From NCBI RefSeq assembly GCF_006345805.1, contig NC_042999.1:45942001-46006000 (forward strand): DNA of 64,000 nt, read 5' to 3'. Below the pieces are notes generated by a model, which was not told the DNA's origin, did not search any database, and saw nothing but the letters and a program-made list of their open reading frames with translations. Both the position numbers and the translations under genes were made by a program. The DNA is from Octopus sinensis. Its lineage: Eukaryota. Below, in pieces: positions 23,690-35,580 of the stretch (its first letter is position 1; the number at the start of each line of letters is the position of its first letter).

Positions 23690-24080
23690 CATCATTGAAT
23701 CCACCACTGGAATACTCTTTGAACGAATTCACATGTGCACTGCTGTGTCCATCGTTTTCACCAACTACTTTCACCTCATTTATGTCACAAAATTATTGGG
23801 TCCAATAACTGTAATTTTCTTGTGCCAAATGGGGTGAGTTGGAGGGTCCCAGATTTGGGTTATACTGTGAGTGGTGAATCACTGACCAGCCCAATTTGCC
23901 AGTTAATTTGCCTGGTTTGTTGTTAAAGATGTGTGTGATTGTGCACTGTCATGCTGTAAGTAGATGGTTTTTAATTTCTTCTTTAGTTATTTTTTCTCCT
24001 TAAGTTTTTCTCTAAATATGTTGTGCTTTTCAATCTATCACTTGCTGTTCCCCGTACAGCCATGTTTCTTCAAATCAAGA
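23690..24080 (-). mobile_element. Highly decayed mariner transposase remnant
   Basis: The minus strand gives ETWLYG, HDSAQSHT (HDNARPH-like) and LGWSVIHHSQYNPNLGPS (LGWEVLPHPPYSPDLAPS-like). Confidence 0.55.
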
Positions 24081-24984
24081 AAAATTATGCACTTGTCATC
24101 TCCGTAATTGTCACTGTGACCTTCTGTGCTGATTGCTGGCTCTTGAACTTCTTAGGTCTTGGAGAAAAGATGCCCAGAATGAAATAGGACCAAGTGATGA
24201 GGATGATGCATGCACAAATGGAAAGTTGAATGATGAAGCAGTGTTTATCACATGACAAAATTGTGGCCTGTATCAATTAGTCATCAGTAGCTGACCTTGT
24301 TGATTGTGAAGGTTATGGGGATATATATTTGTTTAGGTCAGTACTGAAAAGCATTTGATTGTCTGGCTGGATGTTGTAGTAGCTTCTAGAATTGCAGCAC
24401 TTTCAATCCTATAAGGGTCACGAGGGCAAAGACCTCACACATGTCAGAAGCAGCCATCAGCAAATGTTTCCACTGAATGTCTAAGCAAGACTAGCTGAGG
24501 CTATGATATTATCCAATCACTTCAATTGTGGTATACTCTTGTGTTACCATTCATATAGCCTTGCCCATCAGAATCTGTCTTGTAACTCCTTTCTCACATA
24601 TTCTAACCTCCTGTCCATAGTGCCAGTGCTGTGTCTTCTCAGTGTGAAGAAGTAGTGACTTGAACTGGCTTGACTCTTATCTCCAAGTTATGCATCTTAA
24701 CAAGTCATATTATTCCAGGAATCCTTCAGGGGAGTTCCGTTTTTGCCACTTCTATTTGCATTCATACTCTTTCGGTCATTCTCTGAAATTCACAAGTTAG
24801 GCCCAAAAACTGAATGGAAGAAAGTGATTTTTTCTTTTTTCCACTTTCCTATTGTATGATGATTGAGTATTGTTTCTGAAGTATTACTGCATCAGTGTCT
24901 ACAATTCTTGTATTCATTTAAGCATCTTACATTCCATCACTCACATCTCATTTAGTTTCGCACTTGCAGAACCAATTCCAAAAT

Positions 24985-25150
24985 CACCAATAATCCTTTG
25001 GGAGGAAGCTCTAATGATATCACATTATGTATTCAAAACAGTAGATCGTTCACTTCAACATATAATGCAGAAACATGTACCATTTGTTGGTAACATTATT
25101 GTGCTTTGTACTTACTGCCATCAGATCCTCTCAGTCAAAAAGAAAGGCAA
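24985..25150 (+). mobile_element. Helitron PIF1-like helicase remnant
   Basis: IILWEEALMISHYVFKTVDRSLQHIMQKHVPFVGNIIVLC..HQILSVKKKG resembles the Walker-B region IIWDEAPM...EAVDRTLRDI...PFGGK..GDFRQILPV. Confidence 0.7.
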
Positions 25151-25747
25151 CATATGTATTCACAGTTGCTCTTACTGTAAACTTGTCATTATCCTCAGAA
25201 TTAAGATGATGCTATTCATTTCAATGCCAACAATGTCTAGTATGACATGCCTTTGCATTATCTGTCAACAGGCTGCTTGGGTAGAGTCTACAAAAGGCTG
25301 GTTTATATTTCAAGTGCAAAACATTTATTTATACAGCAACTGTTTGTTGCACATCACCAGCAAGTATAGGGACACTGACATCATTGCAATGCTTTATAGG
25401 ATCAAAAACACTCTTAATGATAAAGTTTTTCTGATTAATCTGCTACTCCAGTTTACATATTTAATAACAAAAGTGCAACTTTAGTTGTAAGGTGAATTCA
25501 GCAGAAAAAAAAAATGCAACCAAAAATCTCTCTTAGTGATTACATATGTAATTTATTTTGGGATTTTTCAAAAATAAATTTCATGTTTTACCACAAAAAT
25601 TATTGTTATTTTTCTATTTGTTTTCAGAAATTTCATTCAAATTATGCTAATTCCTGAAAGCATTAGTCATTTAGATATTTTAAACATGTTTATACTTTAT
25701 TTATCCAAATTCATCTGTAGTGTATAGGAGGTTTTACACTATCGACT

Positions 25748-25912
25748 AGATATTCAGGTGTGGCTGTGTGGTAAGAAGTTTGCTTCCCAACCACATGGTT
25801 CTGAGTTCAGTCCCACTGCATGGCACTTTGAGAAGTGTCTTCTACTATAGCCTCTGGCTGACCAAAGCCTTGTGAGTGGATTTGGTAAATGGAAACTGAA
25901 AGAAGCCCATTG

Positions 25913-25945
<33 letters not shown>

Positions 25946-26140
25946 ATCTTTGTCCTCCATCACCACTTGACAACTGGTATTGGTATGCTTACATCCCTGT
26001 AACTTAGCAGTCCAGCAAAAGAGACTGCTAGAACATGTACTAGGATTAAGAAATAAGTCCTTGGGTTGATTTGTCAGACTAAAAGACTTCAAGGCGGTGT
26101 CTCAGCATGAAGTGAATGACTGAAACAAGTAAGAGAATAA
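25748..26140 (+). mobile_element. Family A SINE
   Basis: A/B-box head through the GACTGAAACAAGTAAGAG tail. Confidence 0.87.
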
Positions 26141-26441
26141 ATTCCTAATAATATTTAATCATAAAAATATAATTGGAGTTTTTAGACATTAAATGGCTTT
26201 GAGGGTTCTTCCCACTCCCTAAGTAAAAATAGGAATCAAAGGGGTCCATAGGAAAAAAAAAATGTTTGAGAATCACTGACTGACTTAGCCATTATTTTAG
26301 CTTTAGTATTCTTCTGTTGTCTTGTTTAAGAATCATAAGAATCATAACCATCATCATCATCGTCATCATCATTTTTACATTTGCTTCTCCCATGCTACCA
26401 TGGTTTACACTGAAGGCATGTGGCTTAATTGGTTAGGGTAG

Positions 26442-26850
26442 TACTCTTTTACTCTTTTACTTGTTTCAGTCATTTGACTGTGGCTATGCTGGAGCACCGC
26501 CTTTAGTCGAGCAAATCGTCCCCAGGACTTATTCTTTGTAAGCCTAGTACTTATTCTGTCAGTCTCTTTTGCTGAACTGCTAAGTTATGGGGACGTAAAC
26601 ACCCCAGCATCGGTTGTCAAGCGGTGTTGGGGGGACAAACACAGATACACACTCGCACACACTTATATATGTATATACATATATACGACGGGCTTCTTTC
26701 AGTTTCCGTCTACCAAATCCACTCACAAGGCTTTGGTTAGCCCGAGGCTATAGTAGAAGGCACTTGTCCAAGGTGCCACACAGTGGGAATGAACCCGGAA
26801 CCATGTGGAGGGTAAGCAAGCTACTTACCACACAGCCACTCCTGTGCCTG
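26442..26850 (-). mobile_element. Family A SINE, well preserved
   Basis: Complete, with a (GTAAAAGA)n tail. Confidence 0.9.
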
Positions 26851-26889
26851 GTTCTTTTTTTTTGAGTAATATGCTACATACCACCTCTT

Positions 26890-27160
26890 GTTAAATTTGC
26901 TCATAAGGTAGTGAGTTTGATTCCCAGTGGCACATAGTGTTGTTGAGCAATACACTTTATTTCATGCTACTCCAGTCCACTCAGCTGGCAAAAATGAGTT
27001 GTATCTGTAATTCAAAGGGCCAGCTTTGTCGCATTCTGTGCCTTGCTGAATTTTCCTGAGAGCCTATGTTAAAGGTACTCATGTCTGTGCAGTACTCAGC
27101 CACTTGCCTCGTTAATTTCATGAGGAGGCTCTTCTGAGCCCTTGTCATTATAACTGGCGG
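26890..27160 (+). mobile_element. CORE-like SINE (family D variant)
   Basis: TTGAGCAATACACTTTATTTCATGCTACTCCAGTCCACTCAGCTGGCAAAAATGAG is shared with the 43835 copy. Confidence 0.65.
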
Positions 27161-27429
27161 TGTGCCAGTTATAGTTTACACTTGTTGAGGTAGTATTGTA
27201 TGGCTCAATGCTCTTCTTACTACCATTTCTCACTTGTTTCCAAGTAAGGTGCTGCTTATTCCTCTGGTCTTTCAAATGACAGAATGCTCAGTGGCTGGAC
27301 ACTGTTACATAAATGCTGACATCGTTTCGCACTAGGTTTCACAATGTTAAATGGGAAAACACACACACACACACAGGTTTACATACATACATACACATGT
27401 TTGTGTGTGTGTTTTTATATATATACATA

Positions 27430-27690
27430 CAAGAATTTTTTAGCGTAATGAGATAAAAAACCAAGGCTGTGTAGATATTAGATCATTTATAGATAGAAGG
27501 TCTTACAGCTGTTTCTAGGATATTTACTAATTATATCCCTTCATTGGAGATGGTGCGAGAGGATGGTTAAATCTGATGAAGGGATATAATTAATAAATAT
27601 CCTGGAGACAGGTGTAAGACCTTCTAACTATTAATGTTCTAATATCTACACAGCCTTGGTTTTTTTATTTCGGTATGCAAAAAATTTTTA
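27430..27690. mobile_element. Palindromic Penelope-like element with two inverted hammerhead-like motifs
   Basis: Arms of ~110 bp (ACCAAGGCTGTGTAGATATTAGA.../...TCTAATATCTACACAGCCTTGGT) around a ~25-nt spacer. CTGATGA lies at 27573. Confidence 0.75.
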
Positions 27691-28966
27691 TATACACACA
27701 CTGACATATGACCAGCGTTGAACCCATTATTCGCAAAATTTCCGAACTTGGAACTTGACTATGGTCTGTCTTTAGCACTTATTCAGCATTACCTGATACC
27801 TTTGGGTCTCAATGACACCATTACCTCTTATAATCTATATATACATACATATATATTTTTTTCTGTATACTACAGATTTCAGTACAGTTTCCATGGATCA
27901 ATTTTATTCATAAAACATTAGAATACTCAATGCTAAAGGCAAACACACTTACTGTGCTATACAGTAGGATGGAATTCCAAACCACATGGCCTTGAATTAA
28001 ATTTCTTAACCACACAGCCAAGATGGTGTCTAAATAACAACCATACTGAAAAAGAGTGGGAAAGTAAATAGCATGGGTCAGTTGAATTTTGGATTAATTT
28101 GGTGATTTCAGCAGGTTAGTGACAGATGTAGAATAGGTGTTGCAGGTACATCGCATTCTAATCAAAAGGAAGTTTCCATTGAAAATTGAGAGTTACAGTA
28201 TAGAAAATTTAGATTATTTTTGCATAAACTGTGTCATTTTACATCCATACTTCCTCCAGCAATCTTAGGTATTACAAGGGAGATAATCATCTCTTTATAA
28301 TATTTGGTAGGATTAGAAATTTGAACTTGAAATTAAGGAGTTATAAGGAAAAAGTTTCTTAGAATTCACATATTTAATTTATTTCCACTTATTACAAAGA
28401 TCTTAAAATTTCTAATCATTGGTGATCATGTATAGTACTATTTCATTCTTTTTAAGAAATCAGCAGCATGATGTAATCTGTAACCTAAAAATTAAACATT
28501 CTATGAAGTGAGACATTTCATTAAAGATGGAAATGATTACAGCCTGGAGATGGAATATGTTTATTTTTGTTCTGTTATTTTGAGTCCAAAGTTGGATAAA
28601 GCAAAGCTAGCTTGCTTTGATACTGAGGATTAATAACTTTGAAATGATAGCATTGATTTAAGCTGTTGGTAACAACAAGATTACAAGGATGAAATAATAC
28701 TAGATTTCAAGTACTTGCAGCTTGGAAATATCTCTCTCTAATTGTAACTGCTTCTCGTAAAATACCATGCAAATACAGTGCATAAGTTCCTGGTAAATGG
28801 GAAAATGCATCATGTATTTGATAATATTAATAGAACAGTTCCTTGATCTTCTCCACCTCTATCTAGCCACATTCTGAAACTGATAGGGTTCTTCCCCAAC
28901 TCTTCCTCACTCTTTCTCTCTCTCTGTCAATAATAATGACAATAATAATAATAATAATAATAATAA

Positions 28967-29001
<35 letters not shown>

Positions 29002-29371
29002 TAATGGTTAATGTCAATCCTTGAGTAGAAGTTATGACAATTAGACTTAAGTTATCTTCAATGACTCTGGTTTAAACTGCTGTCAATCTCATTATGAAAT
29101 CAAGTTACAGTGAGGGGCCTTAACTGGAAATAGAACTATCAGAAAAATATGCATTTGTAAATAGGTGCTCACCTATAAATACTCATAGTATTTATATGAT
29201 GTTCATGTGTTGTAGGAGGTTTTATGGACTTCAGTAATATACAAGCAAGCTCACTCGCTATGCTGTACTGGGAAAACATTTATAAAAATTCATTTGTTTC
29301 TTGCAAGTTGTTGCCTGAACACAACTAATGCTAACTAATCAATGAATTTTATCAATCCTCTCAAATATATT

Positions 29372-29753
29372 TCTCTTTTATCTCTTTTACGTGTTTCAGT
29401 CATTTGACTGCGGCCATACTGGATTACCACTTTTACTCGAGCAAATCGACCCCCAGGACTTATTCTTTGGAAGCTTAGTACTTATTCTATCAGTCTCTTT
29501 TGCCAAACCGCTAAGTTACGGGGATGTAAACACACCAGCATCGGTAGTCAAGCGATGTTGGGGGGAAAAACACAGATGCACAAACATATACACACACATA
29601 CATAAACATATATCCAACGGCCTTCTTTCAGTTTCCGTCTACCAAATCCACTCACAAGGCTTTGGTCAGCCCAAGGTGCCACACAGTGGGACTGAACCAG
29701 GAACCATGTGGTTGGAAAGCAAGCTACTTACCACACAGCCATTCCTGCACCTT
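29372..29753 (-). mobile_element. Family A SINE with a short internal deletion
   Basis: Homology to the 47237 copy. Confidence 0.87.
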
Positions 29754-29810
29754 ATATATGAAACTTTGTTTAACTTCTATCATTACTTATTTCAAAAATA
29801 TGTAAATATA

Positions 29811-31041
29811 CAAGGTGTGTTCGTAAAGTAACCAACTTTATCGTTACCCATCATAACTAATGCTACGTGGGCAAAAGCCTTTGGGTGGGAGGTATTACCA
29901 CCTTTCCTGTACATGTGTGAAACTTTTCACACCAGTAGGTAATGTCAGTTCCCAACTGTTATGCTTAGAGTACAGACGTCTAGTGCATGCTCGTCAGATT
30001 TTCATTTTCACTAAATGCACCAGGCAGAGATATTGTTTTGTTTTTTTTGTTCCGTCTTGAGTCATGCCTGGCTCATAAGGGCCAGTTTCCTTGGCGTATA
30101 GGTTTCCCACCTGGATGGGACACCGGTCCATCCCAGGTGAGCTGAAAGATGCAGGAGGAAAGAGTGAGAGAAAGTTGTGGTGAAAGAGTCAGCAGAAGTT
30201 TGCCATTACCTTCTGCCGGAGCCGCATGGAGCTTAGGTGTTTCGCTCATAAACACACACATCACCTGGTCTGAGATTTGAACCCGCGATCCCTCGACCCC
30301 GAGACCGCTGCTCTAACCATTAGGCCATGTGCCTCCACAGGCATAGATATTGCATCAAGTTTATTCAAAAGCTTGGTGATACTCAAGCTCAAACCATCCA
30401 GAAGATTCAACAGATCTGTGGTGATGATGCCATGGGCAAGACTCTGATGAAGGAGTGGTACAACCTCTTTCAACGTGGCTCCACCTCAGTAGAGAGCAAG
30501 GAATGCTCAGGCAGGCCATCCACAAGTCAAATGAGGAGCTGATTGAGAAGGTTTTGGTGAATAGTCATGGAAGACTATTATGTAACAGTCTAGGAAATTG
30601 CTCAAAAAATGGCAATAAACACAGGATCAGTGTATTCCATTTTAATGGGGGATTTGTGTACGCAAAGAGTGCTGGCGAAATTTGTCCCTAAAGTGCTGGC
30701 AGAGCAGCAGAAATAATTCCACATGGAAATTTTTCAAGACCTGTTGTAATGTTCAAATCACAACCCAGACTTCATGAAGACTATCATCACCGATGATGAG
30801 ACATGGATTTGTTGGTCTCTGTTTGATGTGCTCAGCCATCTTGCATGAAAATAAAAATCTGACAAGTCCACACTACACATCTGTACTCTTGGCATACCAG
30901 CTGGGAACTGATGTAGCTTACTGGTGTGAAAATTTACACCTAAGCAGAGGAAAGTGGCATTGCCTGCCACCCAAAGGATATTTCCCATGCAGCATTAGTT
31001 TTGGTGGGAAAACGAAATAGGATAGTTTTTGGACAACCTCG
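29811..31041 (+). mobile_element. Mariner-family derivative: 5' part of the transposase followed by an inverted copy of its own left end
   Basis: TA flanks. Transposase pieces QRYCIKF.QKLGDTQ, SGRPSTS, KFVPKVL and IITDDETW. Segment 30813-31041 is the diverged reverse complement of 29811-30030. Confidence 0.85.
30036..30337 (-). mobile_element. tRNA-Arg-like SINE (family E) inserted in the mariner ORF
   Basis: 15-bp target-site duplication CAGGCAGAGATATTG (30021-35) and CAGGCATAGATATTG (30338-52). A/B boxes are present. Confidence 0.88.
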
Positions 31042-31214
31042 TAAATCTTAAAATATATAATCATGCAACTAATCCCGATTCCCTAAAATTACTGGCCTTG
31101 TGCTAAAATTTGAAACAATTATTATTACTGTTATCTTCATACAATTTATTGTGATATTATTGTCATGTCAGAAATGATGGCACAGATGGTGACATACTGT
31201 ACAGTAATTAATTC

Positions 31215-31502
31215 CATCATCATCATTTAATGTTCACTTTCCATGCTGGCATGAATTGGATGGTTTGACTGAGGACTGGCAAGCCAGGAGGCTGCACCAG
31301 TCTCCAGTCTGATGTGGCAAGGATTTTAGAGCTGGATGCCCTTCCTAATACCAACCACACCAAGAGTGTAGTAGGTGCTTTTTTTGCGCCACCGGCATGG
31401 GGTCCAGCCAGGCAGTACTGGCATCGACCATGCTTGAATAGTGCTTTTTACATGCCACTGGCATGGGAGCCAGTCAGGCAGTACTGGCATCGGCCACGAC
31501 AA
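31215..31502 (-). mobile_element. RTE-tailed non-autonomous element with ~60-bp internal repeats
   Basis: (CAT)n, CCATGCTGGCATG and GATGCCCTTCCTAA motifs, plus two repeat units. Confidence 0.8.
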
Positions 31503-31719
31503 TGATTGTTATGTATGTATACATGTATAGTTTGTGTGTGTGTAGGACTTGATCTTCCAGTTTAACTTACAACATTATGTTTCTATTGGTTTATCAAATT
31601 ACTGAAATAATCTGTCATTTACAACTCCTGTCAGTTATTTTCTTGATACAATGGAATTTGAACCCAACATATGGAGAACAGAAACAGACACAGACACCAC
31701 AAAGCAACGTGTCTGACAC

Positions 31720-32015
31720 TATAATTCTGCTAATCCACCGCTCTGGAATTGTGCCTTCTTCCATCAGCCCTGAAAGGATTAAAGACAAAAAGTTGATTTT
31801 GGCAGGATTTGAACTCTGAACACAAAGAGCTTTTACAGCTACTACACAGCATTATTCTATCCAATACTCTAGGAAAGGCATCCAGCCATAAAGAACATGC
31901 TAAAACAGACACTGAGTGCAGTCTGGTGCAGTCTTCTGCAAGCCAACTCCTCAAACTGTTTAACCCATGCCAGCATGGAAAGCAGACATTAAATCATGAT
32001 GATGATGATGTCTCT
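31720..32015. mobile_element. Family C SINE fragment (minus) abutting an RTE-tail fragment (plus)
   Basis: GGATTTGAACTCTGAAC is followed by AGGAAAGGCATCCAGCC...CCCATGCCAGCATGGAAAGCAGACATTAAATC(ATG)n. Confidence 0.65.
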
Positions 32016-33288
32016 AATTAAGTAGACACAACTATATTTGCATTGCAAACATGAAATCTAGGGTTCAGTCCTGTGTGGTAACTTAGGCAAGTGACTTTGC
32101 CATAGCTTTGGGTTAGCCAAGTCTTCTGAGGGAATTTGAATAGCTGAAAACTGTACTGTGTAGAATCCCACCAGATGGATTGTGCTTGTAATCCTAAAGC
32201 CCAGCTTTGTGACACTGCGACAATACTGATTTTATTTGAGAAATATGTTTAGGGTACATGTTTTGAGAATAGTCAGCCATTTCACATGTTAATCCATTAA
32301 GTAGGTCATCAGTCAAGTTTATGGATCAATCGACCGGATGCTCATATGTTGCTAGCTGATGTAAGAGTTAATCCCTTATACATAAGGCATGACTCTGTGG
32401 TTTAAAAAGCTCATTTTGCAACCATGTGGTTTCACATCAAATCCCACTGCGGGGCACCTTAGGCAAGTGTCCTTTACAATTGTCCTGGACTGACCAATGT
32501 CTTGTGAGTGAATTTGTTTAATGGAAACTGAGGAAGCCCATCATATATATATCTATAATATAAATTGGACATGGGTGATTGTTGTATTCTTTCTTGTCTT
32601 GAGGCTCACAGCCAAATGGCTGGGTGATTTCGCATGAAAAATGGCACACATGTGGAGACGAGTGCATAGATTGGAATGCGATTTGTATTTTTTTCCTAGC
32701 CCCCATACTTACCTAGAAAATCGATTGAAACTTTTTCTAATTGAATTCCCCTGTTTGTTCCGCCATTAAAACAAGCAGTTGCTCACACGGCCAGCATATA
32801 CCATTTTGCTAGCAACAAGGGGAGTACAGGATGACAGTCAGCCAAAACTTTGACTATGATGTCTCTCTTCTTTCACCTAACACACACACACACACACGCA
32901 CACACACACACACACATCCATTTCATACATCTTTCAATTTCTACTCTGCAAATGAAATTTGTTACAGATACAACTGCTTAGAAAAATTGGGATTAATATA
33001 TAATTTCTTTCTATGTTCATTATTAAATCACTGTCTTAATGATTGGACAGAGGTCAATAGAATACCTTTCACAAACAGACTATGTACAAATTAGTTCTTC
33101 ACAATTCCTGAAGCTGTTTTCTGACAAGGGGATGGGGGTCAGGAAATTTTCATGCAGCTGGAGGCTCCAATCGAAACAGGGAACCCAAAATGATAAGGTT
33201 GAGAACCACTGTTATAGATTATGCCTAACCGAAAATGATCACAGCCACATCATCCAAACAGACTGGGTGAAACCGGGCTTAGCTGCTA

Positions 33289-33329
<41 letters not shown>

Positions 33330-33331
<2 letters not shown>

Positions 33332-33482
33332 GGAGTAAAGTCATAAATGTGAAACAAGGAGGAGAAAATAGTACTCAAATACCAGGGGTAGAGTAATATG
33401 CTTTATTTAAAAGCAGCAGAAATTCAACAAAACCTGTTACTCGGAGTGTTTTGTTGAATTTCTGCTGCTTTTAAATAAAGTG

Positions 33483-33485
<3 letters not shown>
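33330..33485. mobile_element. Collapsed foldback element with a perfect 33-bp inverted repeat
   Basis: Arms 33401-33433 and 33448-33480 with a 14-nt spacer. Confidence 0.7.
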
Positions 33486-33520
<35 letters not shown>

Positions 33521-33668
33521 ATATAATATATAAATTCATACATAATGTATGTATAGTCATCACTAAAGTGGTGGAGAGTACTAGTGAGCACCATCCATCA
33601 CTTTGGTGATGACTGTACTTGTTGCCTATTAGTTCTAAATTGCATATATATATGTATATACATGTACG

Positions 33669-33704
<36 letters not shown>

Positions 33705-33849
33705 GCACACACACACACAATGTATGTGTGTGTGTATTTTTATCCCCAGCTACTGCTTAACAACCAATGTTGGATTGTTTACATCCAGCGTGGCCACAGG
33801 CCAATGACTGAAACAAGTTAAAGATATATATATGTATGTATGTGTATAT

Positions 33850-34268
33850 ATCATCATCATCATTTAGCGTCCGCTTTCCATGCTAGCATGGGTTGGACGG
33901 TTCAACTGGGGTCTGGGAGGCCAGAAGGCTGCACCAGGCCCAGTCTGATCTGGCAATGTTTCTACGGTTGGATGCCCTTCCTAACGCCAACCACTCCATG
34001 AGTGTAGTGAGTGCTTTTTATGTGCCAGATGAGGCTGGCATATGGCCACGATTGGATGGTGCTTTTTATGTGCCACCGGAACGGAGGTCAGGTGTGGCTG
34101 GCAACGGCCATGATCAGATGGTGCTGTTGATGTGCCACCGGGACGGAAGCCAGTCGGGGCGGCGCTGGTAACGGCCACGTTTGGATGGTTTTCTTGTGTG
34201 CCACCGGCACTGGTATCACAGCTACAATTTCCATTGATGTTGATCAATTTTGATTTTGATTTTGATGT
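33850..34268 (-). mobile_element. Well-preserved RTE-tailed non-autonomous element with a tandem-repeat body and no tRNA head
   Basis: The 5' end reads (ATCAAA)n...GATACCAGTGCCGGTGGCAC, then ~60-bp GTGGCAC..AAAAGCACC units, then the GGAAGGGCATCC module and (GAT)n tail. Confidence 0.85.
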
Positions 34269-34764
34269 TATATATATATATATATACACACACATACAGA
34301 TTTTTTTAATATATACACTCACATATGTATGCATACATACAAATTGTCTCTGTGTGTGTGTGTGCATGTATATATATATATATATATATATGCATGGTTT
34401 CAATATTATATCCTAAAGTTTTTAATTTAAGATAGACGTCAGTCTTATTTTTTTTTTCTTTTCATACTTCATTTGTAGATTTAGATAAAATTCATAAAAA
34501 TTTTTTTCTTTTTTTAAAAAAACACATGAAATCATTACTAAAATTTTTTTTAAAATCATCATCAAAAATTACTTGAAAAAAGTTTCCCAGAAAAATTTGT
34601 TCATTACTATTATTACTTTTATCTTGTATCCATGCAATCAGGTGCAATTTACTATCCACATTTTTTTTTCTTTAGAAATTCCACAGTTGCTAAACCTTGC
34701 AAATATTCTGATTATGAACATGGTTTGTTGTTGTTCTTGTTGTTATAACTACTACTACTACTAC

Positions 34765-34809
<45 letters not shown>

Positions 34810-35104
34810 CATCATCATCACTACCACCACTATCATCATTTATATGATTATTGGTATGAAAAAGAATAAACTACCTTAATTTTGTCAAGCAGTTTCTTTA
34901 CCTTCTAGCTTCTCGCTCTTTTTGTTGTTTTTTTTTTTTTGTTTTTCCTATTTGGTTAATGTCTGTATCCAAATTAACATCTTAAGCATATCACTTTCTC
35001 TAATGTGGAACTTCGAAGTTTTTGTTTTTTTAAGTGTATACAACATCTTTATCAGCTGATTACATTCATGACTATACATTTTTCTTCCTGGAAAAAATAC
35101 ACAT

Positions 35105-35580
35105 ACTCTCTCTCTCTCTCTCCACCTTCCTTCCCTCTCTTTATCTCCCTCCTTCTCTTGCTCTTTCTGTCTTTCTCTCCTTCCTTCTTTGTTTCTCTTT
35201 CTTCCTGCACCTTTCTACCACTCTATTATTCTTTCACTTGTTCTCTCCTACCCCTCTCTCTCTCTCTCCCTCATTTTCTCTCTCTTTATCTTATTCTTTC
35301 TCTTCCTCTCCCTCCCTCCTGTCTCCACTTCCCACTCCCTCTTTCTCTCCCTCCTCTCTCTTTCTGTGTCTTTCTCTCTTCTCCCCTCTCTCTCTCTTGC
35401 TTTCTCTATCTTTCTCTCCTTTCTCTCTCTCTCTCTCTCTCTCGCTTTCTCTGTCTTTCTCTCCTTCCCTTCTCCTTTCTTCCTATCCCTTTCTCCCACT
35501 CTCTATTCTCCTTCCTCCCCCGTTTCTCCCCCTCTCTCTACCTCTCCCCACCTCCCCTCTTTCTTCTGTCTCTCCTGCTC
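35105..35580. repeat. CT-rich low-complexity tract
   Basis: Directly visible. Confidence 0.9.

Noticed and set aside
24870-25484. 204-aa ORF as a nested host gene
   Set aside because: Only a short segment resembles a Helitron helicase, with degenerate catalytic residues. The rest has no coherent homology.
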